From Leucoraja ocellata (Eukaryota): DNA of 64,000 nt. Below the pieces are notes generated by a model. It made no database searches, was not told the origin of the DNA, and saw only the letters and a program-made list of their open reading frames with translations. The translations under genes and the position numbers were made by a program. The stretch is taken from NCBI GenBank assembly GCA_036785375.1, contig JAWMAR010000010.1, positions 6,448,001-6,512,000 of the forward strand, read 5' to 3'. This document shows, piece by piece, positions 62,776 to 64,000 of the stretch. The stretch's first letter is position 1. Each line of letters begins with the position of its first letter.

Positions 62776-64000
62776 GTGGGCCTGATGTGCCCCGCGGGCC
62801 ATATTTTCGAGACTCCTGCCTTACATGAACTAAACGAAAATGTACAGAAGAACAAACATTGATGACTTTATTATTGTGATAAGTATAGATCTATTTAAAA
62901 CAATCTAATAACTTTCTAATGTACGGACAAAGTCTACCTTCCCAAGTGGCGTATCTTGTTCCGCTCCATGTCTGTGCCGCCGCTGCTGAAACTTGCTAAC
63001 GTGTAGAGAGAGTGAGGTAGCGTCAATTACGTCAATACGTAATTGACGGTCGCTCTTCCTCCACTGGGCTCAAGACACGCCCCCTTGTGAGGCAGATGTG
63101 ATCTCTGCCTCCCCTGGAGCTTTGTCAATGCAGATTTATGTGAGACCCGCGATCACAAATTTAATATCTTTATATGTGAAATACGTTACATGGACTATAG
63201 AAGGTAAGGACATGTAATGAAGGGGTTTACAAACATTACTTTGGTGACATGCATGGAGATGGTAACAGGCACACGCTTATTGCCCGCGCTCCATGCAGTT
63301 TCTAAGGGGTTGCGCAATCAATTCGCCGCTGCCTCACCTCCCATCTCTCCATATATTTGCAGCGGAGCTGCGTAAATTTGGCGATTTTTATTATAAAAAA
63401 AACATTATATTAATATAAAAATGACATTTATAACAGTGGAAAAATCTTTAAATTTATTTTATTTTATTATTATTTTTCTTTACTTTACTTAACAGCTATT
63501 TTCATTGGGAGTATGACAGGTGAGGCTCTGCCTGTCCCTGAAGACAAGAAAACACGCTTAGCTAGAGTAGAAAAAGTGAAATATGGGCCGGAATGAAATC
63601 TTTCAATAATCTCCAAGATACCGCCCTCTGCAAAGAGCGGTGTTCGCCATCTGCTCCAAGGAGCAGACCACTGGAGCTGTCCCGGTATAGTGATTCTCGT
63701 GACACAAAACGATCTCCTCCCCACCCTACTCCGGTGTCAGAGCGATGGGGATCCTTTTAGCTTGTATCCTGTGTCTCTGTATATGCCCAGAGTACGGCTC
63801 ACACACTTCCACATTGTTCCGGTTTAGTGTAAATTTGTCCGTGGCTATTTTTTAAATGAATTTGAATCACCATCCGAGTTCAGTTGCTCGCCTCTGATGC
63901 CCATTCATGTCTCCCAGTGTATAACCGCCAGGCGTATTCAGGCATTCGGTGACGCAGAGTCCGACAGGGGTGACCGGGCAGTTTGTCTGTCCTTTACGAT

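Larger units (their letters stand above)
58212..64000 (+). repeat. Segmental duplicon unit C (partial; runs off the window)
   Basis: Collinear with ~10743-17541 except for a 1025-bp deletion at ~62111. Confidence 0.95.

Overview
This is eukaryotic vertebrate genomic DNA, most likely a cartilaginous fish such as a skate or ray (inferred from the GPR139-like receptor family and the CR1/Rex/Penelope/SINE repertoire). No prokaryotic genes or CRISPR arrays are supported. The window is a nested segmental-duplication zone. (i) 1-5138 is an inverted copy of 8860-13976, and it breaks at a 200-N scaffold gap. (ii) A ~18-19.5 kb duplicon is present as unit A (10743-28476), unit B (38659-58211) and a partial unit C (58212-64000); the units are joined through a head-to-head pair of 5'-truncated CR1 LINEs. 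(iii) A ~5.1 kb block is triplicated (23790-39017). Host genes reconstructed from splice sites: an intact two-exon GPR139/GPR142-like class A GPCR (20469-20538 + 21296-22206, 326 aa) and its frameshifted paralogue (49636-51365). Also a Siglec-15-like Ig receptor with a V-set exon (8291-8704) and a Lys-containing TM exon (10021-10120); the TM exon has an inverted twin at 3876-3975. Highlights: the Siglec-like receptor lacks the sialic-acid-binding Arg and has a very long F-G loop. Amino-acid differences between the GPCR copies cluster in the extracellular loops and C-tail. Four N-runs of different length sit at the same homologous site, the 3' tail of a Rex/Babar LINE. All identities were judged by eye; nothing was computed or searched.
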